Below are positions 51,195 to 61,402 of a stretch of 64,000 nucleotides of DNA, piece by piece (the stretch's first letter is position 1; each line of letters begins with the position of its first letter). This stretch comes from an uncultured Chloroflexia bacterium (GTDB lineage: Bacteria > Chloroflexota > Limnocylindria > Limnocylindrales > CSP1-4), in NCBI GenBank assembly GCA_963833225.1, contig CAWHXD010000007.1, positions 288,001 through 352,000 of the forward strand, written 5' to 3'. Position numbers and translations under genes: made by a program. The notes under the pieces were generated by a model. That model did not search any database and was not told the DNA's origin. It was given only the letters and a program-made list of their open reading frames with translations.

Positions 51195-52202
51195 GTGAAC
51201 ACCAGCGAGACCGTCCTGGTCACCGGCAGCTCCGGCTTCCTGGGAAGCTATGTCACCCGCGAACTGGTCGAGCGTGGTCATCGCGTCATCGGACTCGACA
51301 TCACCCAACCTGGCCCGGAGCGCGCGTGGATCCAGGCGCCGGTTGCGAGTGGAGTGGAACTGGTGCTCGGTGGCCTCGACGGCTGGGCGCCGCTCGTCGC
51401 GGTGATGGAACGGCACCGACCGACCACCATCGTCCATTGCGCCGCCTTCGTCCGGCTCGACATCCTCGCCCGGGAGCCGCACGTCGCGCTTCGCATCAAT
51501 ACAGAGGCCACGGTCAACGTCCTCGAGGCGGCACGCATCTTCGGGGCGCGCCGGGTGGTCTACCTGAGCTCCACCGGGGTGCTTCCCAGGCGCCAGTACG
51601 AGCCGATCGACGCCGGGCACCCGATCTTCACCGCCACCGAGGCCTCGCCCGACACGTTCTATGCAGCGGCCAAGGTCGCCTCCGAGGCGTTCGCCTGGGC
51701 CTACCACCACAGCTTCGGGCTGGACATCATGATCATCCGCCCGTCGGCGATGTACGGCTTCGGGATGCAGTGGCCGATGTTCATCAAGCCGATCGTGGAG
51801 AACAGCCTGGCGGGCATGCCCACGCGTTTCGAGTCAGGGCGGGAGTTTCCGCGTGACTACACTCACGTGAAGGACGTCGCGCAACTGGTGCGGCTGTGCC
51901 TGGAGGTCCCTGCCGACCGGGTTCGCGACCGCTGCTTCTACGGAGCGACGGGTCGTGACCCAGTGACGCCGGGCCACCTGGCGGAGATCGTGCGGGATCT
52001 CATTCCCGCAGCCGACATCGAGATCGGCGATGGGCTGTCCCCACTCGAGGCGTGGGACGCCGCGACGCGCGGCCGCTATGACATCGCCCCTGCCACGGAA
52101 CAGCTCGGCTACGACCCCCGCTTCGCCGATCCGCGCGCCGGGATCGCCGACTACATCAGGGATCTCCGTCGGTACGGCGCCGTGCAGGAGGATGACCGAT
52201 GA
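51195..52202 (+). CDS. NAD-dependent epimerase/dehydratase (extended SDR)
   Basis: LVTGSSGFLG, VHCAA, YLSSTG, YAAAK, YGFG, RDYTHVKD. Confidence 0.9.
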   Translation: MNTSETVLVTGSSGFLGSYVTRELVERGHRVIGLDITQPGPERAWIQAPVASGVELVLGGLDGWAPLVAVMERHRPTTIVHCAAFVRLDILAREPHVALRINTEATVNVLEAARIFGARRVVYLSSTGVLPRRQYEPIDAGHPIFTATEASPDTFYAAAKVASEAFAWAYHHSFGLDIMIIRPSAMYGFGMQWPMFIKPIVENSLAGMPTRFESGREFPRDYTHVKDVAQLVRLCLEVPADRVRDRCFYGATGRDPVTPGHLAEIVRDLIPAADIEIGDGLSPLEAWDAATRGRYDIAPATEQLGYDPRFADPRAGIADYIRDLRRYGAVQEDDR

Positions 52203-53032
52203 CCACGAGATTGCGCTTCCTGGGGGCTTCTTGCTTCGAGATCGAAGGTCCAAGTCACCGCATCCTCATGGAGCCGTTCCTCGACGACAACCCGGTCTCG
52301 CCGTACACCGTGAAAACCGTTCCGCCGCCCGATCTCATCCTCGTCTCACACGGTGCGTGGGATCACTCGGCCGACGCCGGCCCGGTGGCGAAGCGTACCG
52401 GCGCACCAGTCTGTTGTGGGGCCGACGTGGCGGCGCGGCTCGCCGACGAGGGCATTCCGGATGACCAGATCCGGCCCACGATCTGGGGATTGTGCTACGA
52501 ATTCAACGGCTTCCTCGTCCGGCCCGTCGAATGTCATCACTGGTCCGGGGTGACGCTCTCGGACGGGACCCAGATTGCCGGGACTCCGCTGTCGTTCATC
52601 ATCGAGACGGAGCCGGGCGTCCGTATCTACCACTTTGGCGACACGGCCATCTTCGGGGACATGAAGCTGATTGGGCAGCTCCATCGCCCAACCGTCGCGC
52701 TCCTCGGATGTGCCAACACCGCCGGGCTTCCCGATCCGGGCGCCGGGCTCGCCGCCACCGGCGAGATGAACCCCGACGAGGCCGCGCGGGCGGCGGAGTG
52801 GCTCGGCGTCCGCTATGCGATCGCGACGCATTACATCGAGCCAGGCGAGGAGGCCGCCGAGTTCCGACGGCGGGTGGCCCATCACGACACGACCGGGCGG
52901 CGGGTCGCGCTCGCCCCGCGAGCCGGCGAGTGGATCGAGATCGAGCCAGATGCAGCCGACCCTGACCGCCCTTCGCTTCTGTGGGGAGGCACGTCACCCG
53001 AGTTCGATCTCACCAAGGTGCCGACGCGCTAG
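52199..53032 (+). CDS. MBL-fold metal-dependent hydrolase (UPF0173-like)
   Basis: ILVSHGAWDH (HxHxDH variant), CHHWS, IYHFGDTAIFGDM, MNPDEAA, ATHY. Confidence 0.82.
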   Translation: MTTRLRFLGASCFEIEGPSHRILMEPFLDDNPVSPYTVKTVPPPDLILVSHGAWDHSADAGPVAKRTGAPVCCGADVAARLADEGIPDDQIRPTIWGLCYEFNGFLVRPVECHHWSGVTLSDGTQIAGTPLSFIIETEPGVRIYHFGDTAIFGDMKLIGQLHRPTVALLGCANTAGLPDPGAGLAATGEMNPDEAARAAEWLGVRYAIATHYIEPGEEAAEFRRRVAHHDTTGRRVALAPRAGEWIEIEPDAADPDRPSLLWGGTSPEFDLTKVPTR

Positions 53033-53075
53033 GACTGCACCGTCGTAACGGCTCCGCCATGCTCAAGATGGAGGT

Positions 53076-54785
53076 TTGGCTCAAGTGAACGTCTGGCAAG
53101 CGGTTGCGGCCGCACTTGCAGCCGAGAAGACCCCGATCGCCTTCGGGATCCCCGGCGGAGACCGGTTCTTCGATTCGATCCGTGACAACCCCGATATCAG
53201 GAAGGTGCTCGTGCGAGATCCGCGCGCAGCGCCCTTCATGGCCATGGGCTACGCCCGCGTGAGCGGCAAGCCCGCCGTCTGCTACTCGGTTGCCGGTCCG
53301 GGCGTCGCGCTCCTCGTGCCCGGGATCCTCGAAGCCCACGCCGCCTGCCAGCCGGTCATCGCCATTGTCTCAAGCTCCAAGCGTGGCAACGCCGGCCAAG
53401 GGGCCCTGCAGGAGTTCGACCAGGTCGGGGTGATGCGGCCGATCACGAAGTGGGCCGAGCGGGTTACCGAACCGGATCGCATCTGGTGGGTCATGCGCAA
53501 GGCCTTCTCGATGGCCATGAATGGCAAGCCCGGACCCGTCTTCATCGACATCCCCAAGGACGTGGGGATGCAGGAGATCGAGCCCCGCGAGTACGTACCC
53601 GCAACCTACCCGATCCGGACCGCCGGCGACCCGGAGCGCATCAACGCAGCCGTTGATCTGCTGCGGGCCGCGACACGGCCGGTGGTGGTCGTCGGCGGTG
53701 GAGGCGTCAGCTCCCGCGCCTTTGCGGAGGTGCGCCGTTTCGCGGAAATCGCGGGCGCCCCGGTTCTGACCACGCCTGGCGGTCGAGGAATCCTCCCCGA
53801 AGACCATCCGCTCGCCTGTGGCCAGGTCGGCCTGTACTTCTCGGAGCTGGGGCAGCGCGTCTACGATGCGGCCGACCTCCTGATCACCCTCGGATCACGG
53901 AATGAGGACTTCCAGTCGGGAGAGCAGAAGTTCTTTCCCCGGGGGGCGCGGTACATCCAGGTGGACATCGACCCAGACGAGATCGGGCGCAACTGGGTCG
54001 CCGATGCCCCGATCGTCGGCGATGTCCGCCTCGTTCTCCAGGCCTGGATCGATGAGCTCGGCCGCGATCCCCTCCCCGCTGACGTCGTCGCGCCGCGGGT
54101 CGCCGACCTCGCGCAGGCAAAGAGTGTGTTCGAGGCTCAGGTGGCGAAGGACTGCGCCACCGATGCGGTCCCGCTGAAGACGAAGCGGGTGATCAGGGAG
54201 CTGAACGAGGTCCTCGGGCCCAACACCATCCTGGTGAATGAGAACGGCGCGCTGGATCTGTGGTCGTATTCCTGGCCGTACTTCAAGGTGCTCGACGAGA
54301 ACTGCGCGGTGGCCCCCGGAGAGCAGACGTGCATGGGTGGGGGTTGCGCCGCGGCAATCGGCGCCAAGATGGCGATGCCCGACCGGAATGTCGTCTGCCC
54401 GACCGGCGATGGCGCCTTCCAGATGTTCACAAACGAGCTGGCCACCGCCGTCCAGTTCAAGGCTCCGGTCCTGTACCTGGTGCTCAACAACAAGAGCTTG
54501 GGGTGGATCAAGTTCCACCAACGACGGCTGGGTGACCGCTTCGTCGCCACGGATTTCGACGTTCAGCCGGACTTCATGAAGGTCGCGGAGGCCAACCAGT
54601 GCTTCGGCGTGCGGGTCTCACGGCCGGAGGAGATCCGTCCAGCCCTTGAGAACGCCCTTGCGGCCACCAAGGCAGGGACGCCGGCGGTCGTGGAGTGCAT
54701 CGTGGACGGCTGGGACTTCTCCTTCGGCTTCAACAACTTCTACGAGCGGCTTGCGGGAGGTGGGGAACCTCGGGCAAGAGCCTGA
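53076..54785 (+). CDS. Thiamine-diphosphate-dependent enzyme, acetolactate synthase-like
   Basis: FGIPGG, GYARVSG, GPG, KPGPVFIDIPKDV, QVDIDP.EIG, GDGAFQM...NN; start may be GTG 53085. Confidence 0.9.
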   Translation: MAQVNVWQAVAAALAAEKTPIAFGIPGGDRFFDSIRDNPDIRKVLVRDPRAAPFMAMGYARVSGKPAVCYSVAGPGVALLVPGILEAHAACQPVIAIVSSSKRGNAGQGALQEFDQVGVMRPITKWAERVTEPDRIWWVMRKAFSMAMNGKPGPVFIDIPKDVGMQEIEPREYVPATYPIRTAGDPERINAAVDLLRAATRPVVVVGGGGVSSRAFAEVRRFAEIAGAPVLTTPGGRGILPEDHPLACGQVGLYFSELGQRVYDAADLLITLGSRNEDFQSGEQKFFPRGARYIQVDIDPDEIGRNWVADAPIVGDVRLVLQAWIDELGRDPLPADVVAPRVADLAQAKSVFEAQVAKDCATDAVPLKTKRVIRELNEVLGPNTILVNENGALDLWSYSWPYFKVLDENCAVAPGEQTCMGGGCAAAIGAKMAMPDRNVVCPTGDGAFQMFTNELATAVQFKAPVLYLVLNNKSLGWIKFHQRRLGDRFVATDFDVQPDFMKVAEANQCFGVRVSRPEEIRPALENALAATKAGTPAVVECIVDGWDFSFGFNNFYERLAGGGEPRARA

Positions 54786-54867
54786 CCGTGAGCGACCCAG
54801 CTGCCCGGCCTGCTGCTCCCGGGCAGACCGACCCGCGCCGCCGCAGACAGGAAGACAGGGAAGACGA

Positions 54868-55923
54868 ATGACCGACTACTTCAGCCGACTCGCGTCCGAG
54901 ACGCCGAGCCGCGCATGGGTCAATAACCCCACGATCGAGGAGATCGGGCTCGCCCTCGCGCACGGGGCAACGGGCTCGACGACCAACCCGAGCTACGGCG
55001 GTGGCCTGCTGCGGCGCGCGCCCGGCGAGGTCACGCCGATCGTCGACGCGGTCCTGGCCGAGCATCCGGATTCAGACGACGAGACGATCGCCAATCTCGT
55101 CCAGCGGCGGCTGGCGGGACGCGTCATCGACGGCTTCCGGCCGCTCTTTGACGCGTCCGGTGGAACGGCCGGCTTCGTTTCCATCCAGGGGTCACCGTTG
55201 ACAGACATGGATGGCGACCGCATCTGGGAGGAGGCACAGGCGACCCACGCTGTCGGTCCGAACGCAGCGCCAAAGCTGCCTGCGACGCTGCCGGGTTTTG
55301 TGGCCATGGAACAGGCCGTCGCGCTTGGCTGGCCGATCATCGTGACCGAAGTCTTCTCGCTCGACCAGGTTGAAGCCGCCTGCGAGCTCTACGTGCGGGT
55401 CACCGATCGCACCGGCGTGCGCAGCCCCTTCTTCATGAGCCCCATCACCGGGATCTACGGCGATCACCTCAAGAAGCTTGCGAAGGCCGGTGACCTTGAC
55501 GTTCCCGTTCGGACGATGGAGCTGGTCGGCGTCGGCCTCGGGCGTCGCGCGGCGGCGTTGGTGGCAGAGCGGAATTATCCGGTGACGTTGTTGTTCGGGG
55601 GCGCGCGGATTCCCGAGGACCTGTTGGGGCTGGTGGGTGACCGCCACTGCGCGACGATCAACTGGTCGACGTTCGCCGAGATCCTGACCCTGGACCCGCC
55701 GATCCAGCGGACCATCGATGCACCGTTTGATCCCGGCGTCGAGCGGATGCTCCTCGACACATTCCCTGAAGTCTGGAAGTCATGGGAGCTCGGACGCCTC
55801 GCGCCGGAGGAGTTCGAGGAGTTCGGCCCCGTCCTCCACTTTCGGGACGCCTTCCTGGCCGGCTGGCACGCGATTCTGTCGATGATCGCTGACCGAAGAC
55901 CAGACCATACGAGCGCGAAGTAG
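54868..55923 (+). CDS. Transaldolase-family protein
   Basis: GSTTNPS, GFVSIQG, Schiff-base Lys in APKLPAT, TEVFSLDQ. Confidence 0.8.
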   Translation: MTDYFSRLASETPSRAWVNNPTIEEIGLALAHGATGSTTNPSYGGGLLRRAPGEVTPIVDAVLAEHPDSDDETIANLVQRRLAGRVIDGFRPLFDASGGTAGFVSIQGSPLTDMDGDRIWEEAQATHAVGPNAAPKLPATLPGFVAMEQAVALGWPIIVTEVFSLDQVEAACELYVRVTDRTGVRSPFFMSPITGIYGDHLKKLAKAGDLDVPVRTMELVGVGLGRRAAALVAERNYPVTLLFGGARIPEDLLGLVGDRHCATINWSTFAEILTLDPPIQRTIDAPFDPGVERMLLDTFPEVWKSWELGRLAPEEFEEFGPVLHFRDAFLAGWHAILSMIADRRPDHTSAK

Positions 55924-56111
55924 CTGCACAGGGACCGTCGCCGTGAACGACCTTTCATCGGGTGAGCGGCCGGTCGACCGTAGCCCTCGCGCTCAGAAGC
56001 CGCCCGAGCGGGACCCCGCGCTGGATCGAGCGCTGGCGACCTCCTCCCGGCAGGGCTCGCGATACCGCGGTGTCCCGCTCAGCGGCGAGATGAACGAGAG
56101 GCGAGTTGGCC

Positions 56112-58023
56112 ATGGCCCAGCCTGAACTGACATTCAGTCCCCGCCCCGCCGAACGGCCGATCGAAGTGGCTGCCGGGCCGGTCAGGCTCACGATCGAGAA
56201 CGGCGCCGTGAGGTGGGTCGGGCTGCCCGGCGTCGAGATCGTCCACGGCATCTACGGCGCGGTCCGGGACGCCGGGTGGGGCACCATCGAGCCCCACTTT
56301 GAAATCCTACGAGGCCGCCGTCGAAGACGAGGCGTTCGAGCTTCGATTTCGAGCCGCGTGCGTCCGGGAGGCAGACGGGATCGACCTCGCCTGGACGGGC
56401 ACCATCAGCGGTTCGCGTGACGGCACGATCCGCTTCGAATTCGATGGTATTGCGCGCCGTCCCTTCATGGCAACCCGCATCGGCCTGTGCGTGCTCCACC
56501 CTTTGCGCCAAGCCGGCCGTCCTGTCGAGGTGACCACCTTGTTCGGGCGACTGCGCGGCAACTTCCCGGAGCTCATCACCGGCTACATGCCATTCAGCAA
56601 CGTGCGCGAGATCCGGCAGGACCCCGGCCGACGCCACGAGACGCTGATCGAGTTCGCCGGCGACGTGTTCCAGATGGAGGACCAGCGAGCCTTTACCGAC
56701 GCATCCTTCAAGACGTTCAGTCGTCCCCTCGAACTCCCCCAGCCATACCAGGTCGACGCCGGCACGGCCGTTCGACAAACCGTCACCATCGCCGTTCCGC
56801 GCTGGCGCACGCCGAGCCGGAGGAAGATCGCCGCCGCGAGCCAGGATCGCCCCGCCGTTCTTCGCCTCGGAGCGCGCCTGGATCGCCCGTTCCCGGCCGT
56901 CGGATCCGGCCTGGAACCGGCGGATGTCGCCCCGAGTTCTGGGGTCACGGCGGCAATCCGACACCTGGGCCTCGCGCATCTTCGCGCCACGATCGTTGTC
57001 GGAGACACGGACGCGTCCGCCGAGGTCCGGCGGGCCGTCACAGCCGCACGCGAAGCCGACTGTGCTCTCGAGGTCGTCCTTCTCATGGCGCCGACGGATC
57101 CGGGGGTCGAACGCCTCCTCGCCGAGATCGCTTCTTCGAAGGTTGCGGTCGCGCGGATCACGGCCATCGACCCTGTTGGTCATGTGACCTCCCCGGCACT
57201 GGCACACCGCGCTCGCTCGGCACTCCGCGAGGTCGGCCTCGCCGCTCCCTTGGCCGGTGGTTCCCGAGGCTACCTGTACCAGCTCGTTGCCCAGGGCGTC
57301 CCCGCGGATCTCGTGGATGAAGTCGTCTACCCGACGAACCCGCAGGTCCATACGTTCGACGAGGCCTCCATCATGGAGACGGTCGAGACCTTGCCGGTGA
57401 CCGTGCGCACTGCCGCCGCGCTCGCCGGCGGCAAACCGGTCGTCGTGGGGCCTGTCAGCCTCAAGGCACTCATCAACCCCGATCGGACCGGGCCAGACTC
57501 GCCCCCCTTATCGGGCGCGTTGCCGGATCGATACGACCATCGTCAGACCACGCTCTTCGCGGCGGCGTGGACCCTGGGCAGCGCCGCCGCCCTCGCGGGT
57601 GCAGGCGCCGCCGCGATGACCCTGCACGAGGCCGCCGGGTGGGCGGGTCTCGTCGCCGCGTCCCACCGGGGTCTGCCGGAGATGCCCACACCGGCCGGGA
57701 CCGTGCTTCCCGTCGCCCAAGCGACGGTGGCCCTGGCCCAGCTCCGCGGAGCGGAGATGGTTGCGGTGGAAGTACCAGCGAGCTGGGCGGCCACGGCCGT
57801 GCAGCTGCTTCCCGGGCGCGTACGTGTCCTGATCGCCAACCTCAGTCCGGACCCCGGTCGCCTGTCGCTCGGGGAGGTTCGGTCGTCCCCAACCCTTGGT
57901 GAAGGGCGAGCCCTGACGGTCGACGGGCTGGGAGGTGGGCGCTGGGATCCCCTGGACACGAATGGCGGGATCGTTGACCTGGCGGCCTACGGCGTCGCCG
58001 AGCTCGACCTGCGGCTGCCGTGA
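56112..58023 (+). CDS. D-apionate lactonase (ApnL)-like protein (frameshift near 56300)
   Basis: AGPVRLTIENGAVR...AVRDAGWGT, then in the next frame RIGLCVLHP, FPELI, GDVFQMEDQRAFTDASFKTFSRPL..PY, NPQVH.FD..SIMET, D.RQ..LFAAAWTLG. Confidence 0.72.
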
Positions 58024-58061
58024 GTCACTGATGGATGGCACGAGGCACTTGCCAATACCGC

Positions 58062-58146
58062 TATGCTTGGACGACCGGTTGACCAATCACGCACTGATCT
58101 GGCTCAGGTGGCACGCCGTAGGATGCGGTATGACCGGCCTGACCAG
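58062..58146 (+). promoter_or_regulatory. -10 box plus two candidate operators
   Basis: TATGCT (58062-67); TTGGACGACCGGTTGACCAA (58067-86); CGGTATGACCGGCCTGACCAG (58126-46). Confidence 0.7.
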
Positions 58147-58202
58147 TGGTAGCATCGTCTTGCCCGGGCCGCGTCAGGGTCCGGGGTTTGGAGGTTGATC
58201 CG

Positions 58203-59150
58203 ATGGGCAAGCTCGTCAAGGAACTCCTGCCGCCGGCCCCGGATGAGCGGATCATCTACGTCAACGGGGAATACCTGCCCCAGAGCAAGGCCGTGATCTC
58301 GGTCCTCGATCACGGCCTCATGTACGGCGACGGGTGCTTCGACGCCTGGTGTGGCCGCAATGGGTTCATCTTTCAGCACGAGATGCACACGGCCCGGCTG
58401 TTCCGCTCGATCCGCGCCCTGAAGCTCGATCGCTGGCTCAAGATGACGTACCAGGAGATGTTCGACGCCGTCGTGGAGACGGTGCGCCGAAACGTGGTCC
58501 CTGACGTCTACATCAAGGTGCTCGTGACCCGTGGGGTCAGTTCAGAGCCGGTTATCAACATGCGTGACTGCAAGGAGGCAAGCGTCGTCATCTTTGCCCG
58601 TCCGGTCATCTACGAGATGGACATGGCCAAGATGGAGACCCAGGGCATCCGGATGAAGGTCCTGTCGACCCGACGCGTTTCGCACGAGGCGCTCGACCCG
58701 CAGGTCAAGAGCCTCAACTACCTCAACATCGTGATGGGCAAGCTCGAAGCCTGGGACAGCGGCTACCAGGACGGCATCATGCTCGACTCGAACGGGTGGG
58801 TCGCCGAGTGCCCCGGCTACAACATCTTCGGGGTCAAGGACAACACGCTGTTCACCCCATCACACGAGCTCCTGCGCGGGATCACGCGTGCGTCCGTGAT
58901 GGAGATGGGCCGTGACGCGGGGATGCAGGTCGAGCAAGGCTTCTACTCGGCCGCCGATCTCGAGATGGCCGACGAGGTGTTCATCACCAACACCGTCTCT
59001 GGTGTTGCGCCCGTGACCGAGATTGATGGGTTCGTCATCGGAACCGGCAAGCCCGGCCCCCGGACGATCTCCTTCGCCAGGACCTACTACGAGTGGCTTG
59101 AGTCCGGCAAGTACGGCACCCAGTGCTTCCCCGAGGCATGGAAGGAGTGA
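58203..59150 (+). CDS. Class IV aminotransferase (BCAT / D-amino acid / (R)-amine transaminase fold)
   Basis: YVNGEY, SVLDHGLMYGDGCF, H..RLFRS, VKSLNY (PLP Lys), EC.GYNIF, LRGITR, ADEVFIT. Confidence 0.9.
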   Translation: MGKLVKELLPPAPDERIIYVNGEYLPQSKAVISVLDHGLMYGDGCFDAWCGRNGFIFQHEMHTARLFRSIRALKLDRWLKMTYQEMFDAVVETVRRNVVPDVYIKVLVTRGVSSEPVINMRDCKEASVVIFARPVIYEMDMAKMETQGIRMKVLSTRRVSHEALDPQVKSLNYLNIVMGKLEAWDSGYQDGIMLDSNGWVAECPGYNIFGVKDNTLFTPSHELLRGITRASVMEMGRDAGMQVEQGFYSAADLEMADEVFITNTVSGVAPVTEIDGFVIGTGKPGPRTISFARTYYEWLESGKYGTQCFPEAWKE

Positions 59151-59268
59151 CCACCCTGGAGGGCACGCGGCTCCGGCAGAGTCTGCTGCCCGTGGCCGGC
59201 GGCCACGCCCGTCACTAGTCATCGCGCACCGAACGCCGCCAGAGTTGCGAGCACAGGAGGAGGACCCA

Positions 59269-60507
59269 GTGGAGCGAGACATTCAGCGACCCGAGGGTGT
59301 CGTCACCCGACGCCGCTTCCTCTATATCGCCGGAGGTACGGTCACCGTTGCGGCAACAGGCAGCTTCCTGGCTGCATGCGGTTCCGGCGGATCGACCGCG
59401 ACGCCCGTACCCGCCGGGGCATCGTCGACGCCCGTACCCGCCGGGGCATCGTCGACGCCCGTACCCAGTGCGCAGGCCTGCACCGATGTGGGTGGTGTGC
59501 TCAACCTGTTTACCTGGGCTGGCTACGAGGGCACTGATGTCCCGGCCATGAAGCAGTGGTGGGACCAGAGCGGCATCACTCTCAACGTGAAGTACCTCGG
59601 CAACGAGAACATGGTCACGTTCATGAAGGCTCCTGGCCACGAGATCTGGGATGCCAACACGGTGAACCAGGGTGACAACAACGCCTACTTCGAGCAGGGG
59701 ATCATGTCGGAGGTGACCGTTGACGAGGTCCCCGAGATGGCCGGCATGTACTCGGGGATCAAGGACAACCCCATCTTCAAGCTTCGCGATGGCGTGTACA
59801 ACGCCGTTCCGTGGACGATGGGCCCCCTCGGTATCAACTACATCAAGGGCAAGATCGACCCGGTCACGAGCTACGCTGACGTCCTTGCGCCGCGCTTCAA
59901 GAACCGAGTTGGCTGCTTCGACGACGCGCTCAACATGATCTCGACCGCCGCATGCGCGGTGGGCCTTGACCCGGCGGTTCTCACCAGCGATCAGCTCCAG
60001 GGCCCCGTCAGGGACTGGCTCGTTGCCCTTCGGCCGCAGCTCAAGCTGATCTCGCCTTCACTCGGCGATCAGCTTTCGACACTCGTCAGCGGAGACGTCG
60101 ACCTCCAGCTGGTCGGGCTGATCTGGAACATCCTTCAGGGTCGGCAGCAGGATGTCGAGGTCGAATTCGTTTACCCGTCCGAGGGTACGTACGGCTTCGT
60201 GGACTGCATCGCGATCACCCCCTGGGCGCCGAATCGCTGCGCGGCACTCGCATATGCCAGGGCCACGATGTCTCCCGATACCGGGGCCCCCCTCAACGCC
60301 TCAATTGCGGGACTCAGCACGGTTGACGCGGTCAATGAGAAGATGAAGGAGACGAACCCTGACGAGCGGGGCGTCTACCCCGACAACGTCGAGCAGGACT
60401 TCATGAGCAAGATGAAGTGGAACGTAAGCCACACTGATCCGAACGGTGAATATGCGACGAAGGACGAGTGGACCACCGTCTGGACCGAGATCAAGGCGCT
60501 CGGGTAG
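59269..60507 (+). CDS. PotD/PotF-like polyamine or amine ABC substrate-binding protein; Tat lipoprotein
   Basis: TRRRFL, LAAC lipobox, LNLFTWAGY, AVPWTMG..GINY, YPSEG...D..AI. Confidence 0.85.
   Translation: MERDIQRPEGVVTRRRFLYIAGGTVTVAATGSFLAACGSGGSTATPVPAGASSTPVPAGASSTPVPSAQACTDVGGVLNLFTWAGYEGTDVPAMKQWWDQSGITLNVKYLGNENMVTFMKAPGHEIWDANTVNQGDNNAYFEQGIMSEVTVDEVPEMAGMYSGIKDNPIFKLRDGVYNAVPWTMGPLGINYIKGKIDPVTSYADVLAPRFKNRVGCFDDALNMISTAACAVGLDPAVLTSDQLQGPVRDWLVALRPQLKLISPSLGDQLSTLVSGDVDLQLVGLIWNILQGRQQDVEVEFVYPSEGTYGFVDCIAITPWAPNRCAALAYARATMSPDTGAPLNASIAGLSTVDAVNEKMKETNPDERGVYPDNVEQDFMSKMKWNVSHTDPNGEYATKDEWTTVWTEIKALG
59400..59466 (+). repeat. 27-bp in-frame tandem repeat (~2.5 copies) encoding a TPVPAGASS linker
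   Basis: GACGCCCGTACCCGCCGGGGCATCGTC twice, then GACGCCCGTACCC. Confidence 0.9.
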
Positions 60508-60537
60508 CTTCACCCGTAGCGGCGGGAGTCACTCTCT

Positions 60538-61401
60538 ATGAGCCACCGTCGGCAACTCGAGGCCATCCTCGAGTTGCCGCTGGTGATCGGCCTGCTGGGG
60601 ATCATCGTTGTCCCCGCCATCGTGCTCTTCGGCTATTCGCTGTTGGTCTGGGTTCAATACGCTCCAACCGGATCGCCGACCCTCGCCAATTACATCAAGA
60701 TCCTGAGCGACCCACTCTCAGCCACGCTGGCCATCAACACGCTCCTGATCGGCGTGCCCACGGCGCTGATCGCGATCATTGGCGGCTACGTCCTTGCGTA
60801 CTACATCACGTTTGGCACGGGGCGTGGTCGCCAGCTCATGTTCATCCTGGTCGTGACGGCGCTCATGGCCAGCTACCTCGTCCGGGTGTACGCGTGGCGC
60901 ACCCTATTGGGGGAAACCGGGATCCTCAACAGCGCACTCATGGGCGTGGGGATCGTCGACAAACCAGTCGAGTTCATCCTGTTCTCGAAGGCCTCAGCGG
61001 TGATCGTCGAGGTCAGCATCTTCATGCCGCTCGCGGCGCTCATCTTCTACGCCGCCTTGTCAGGGATCCCCTCATCGTTGCGCGAGGCTGCGCGCGACCT
61101 GGGAGCCAGCCGCGCGCTGGCGCTGCGTCGCGTGACGATCCCGCTGACGGGGCCAGCGATCTTGTCCACATCGGCGCTGATCTTCTTTCTGGCGGTCGGA
61201 GACTTCATCACGCCAGTTTTCGTCGGCGGTCCCGGCGCCGTCACTGTCGGCACGAGAATCGTCGCGTACGTGAACGGCACAGGGGACTACGGCATGGCGG
61301 CAGCGTGGTCATTCGTGCTGCTCGGCGCATTCGTCATCATCTTCGTTGGGCTGCGACGCCTGATGAAGACCGGCGGCTTCCTGCCGGACCGGGTGAACTG
61401 A
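60538..61401 (+). CDS. ABC permease, PotB-like
   Basis: LVRVYAWRTLLGETGILN, LREAARDLGA, GDFITPVFVGG. Confidence 0.9.
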   Translation: MSHRRQLEAILELPLVIGLLGIIVVPAIVLFGYSLLVWVQYAPTGSPTLANYIKILSDPLSATLAINTLLIGVPTALIAIIGGYVLAYYITFGTGRGRQLMFILVVTALMASYLVRVYAWRTLLGETGILNSALMGVGIVDKPVEFILFSKASAVIVEVSIFMPLAALIFYAALSGIPSSLREAARDLGASRALALRRVTIPLTGPAILSTSALIFFLAVGDFITPVFVGGPGAVTVGTRIVAYVNGTGDYGMAAAWSFVLLGAFVIIFVGLRRLMKTGGFLPDRVN

Positions 61402-61402
61402 C

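Noticed and set aside
55965-55986. Additional operator copy (GGCCGGTCGACCGTAGCCC)
   Set aside because: It lacks the TGGT/ACCA arms and an adjacent promoter, so it is too degenerate to call.
59400-59466. Tandem repeat as a CRISPR or contingency locus
   Set aside because: No spacers; it is an in-frame 27-bp unit encoding a lipoprotein linker. No cas genes or arrays are seen anywhere in the window.
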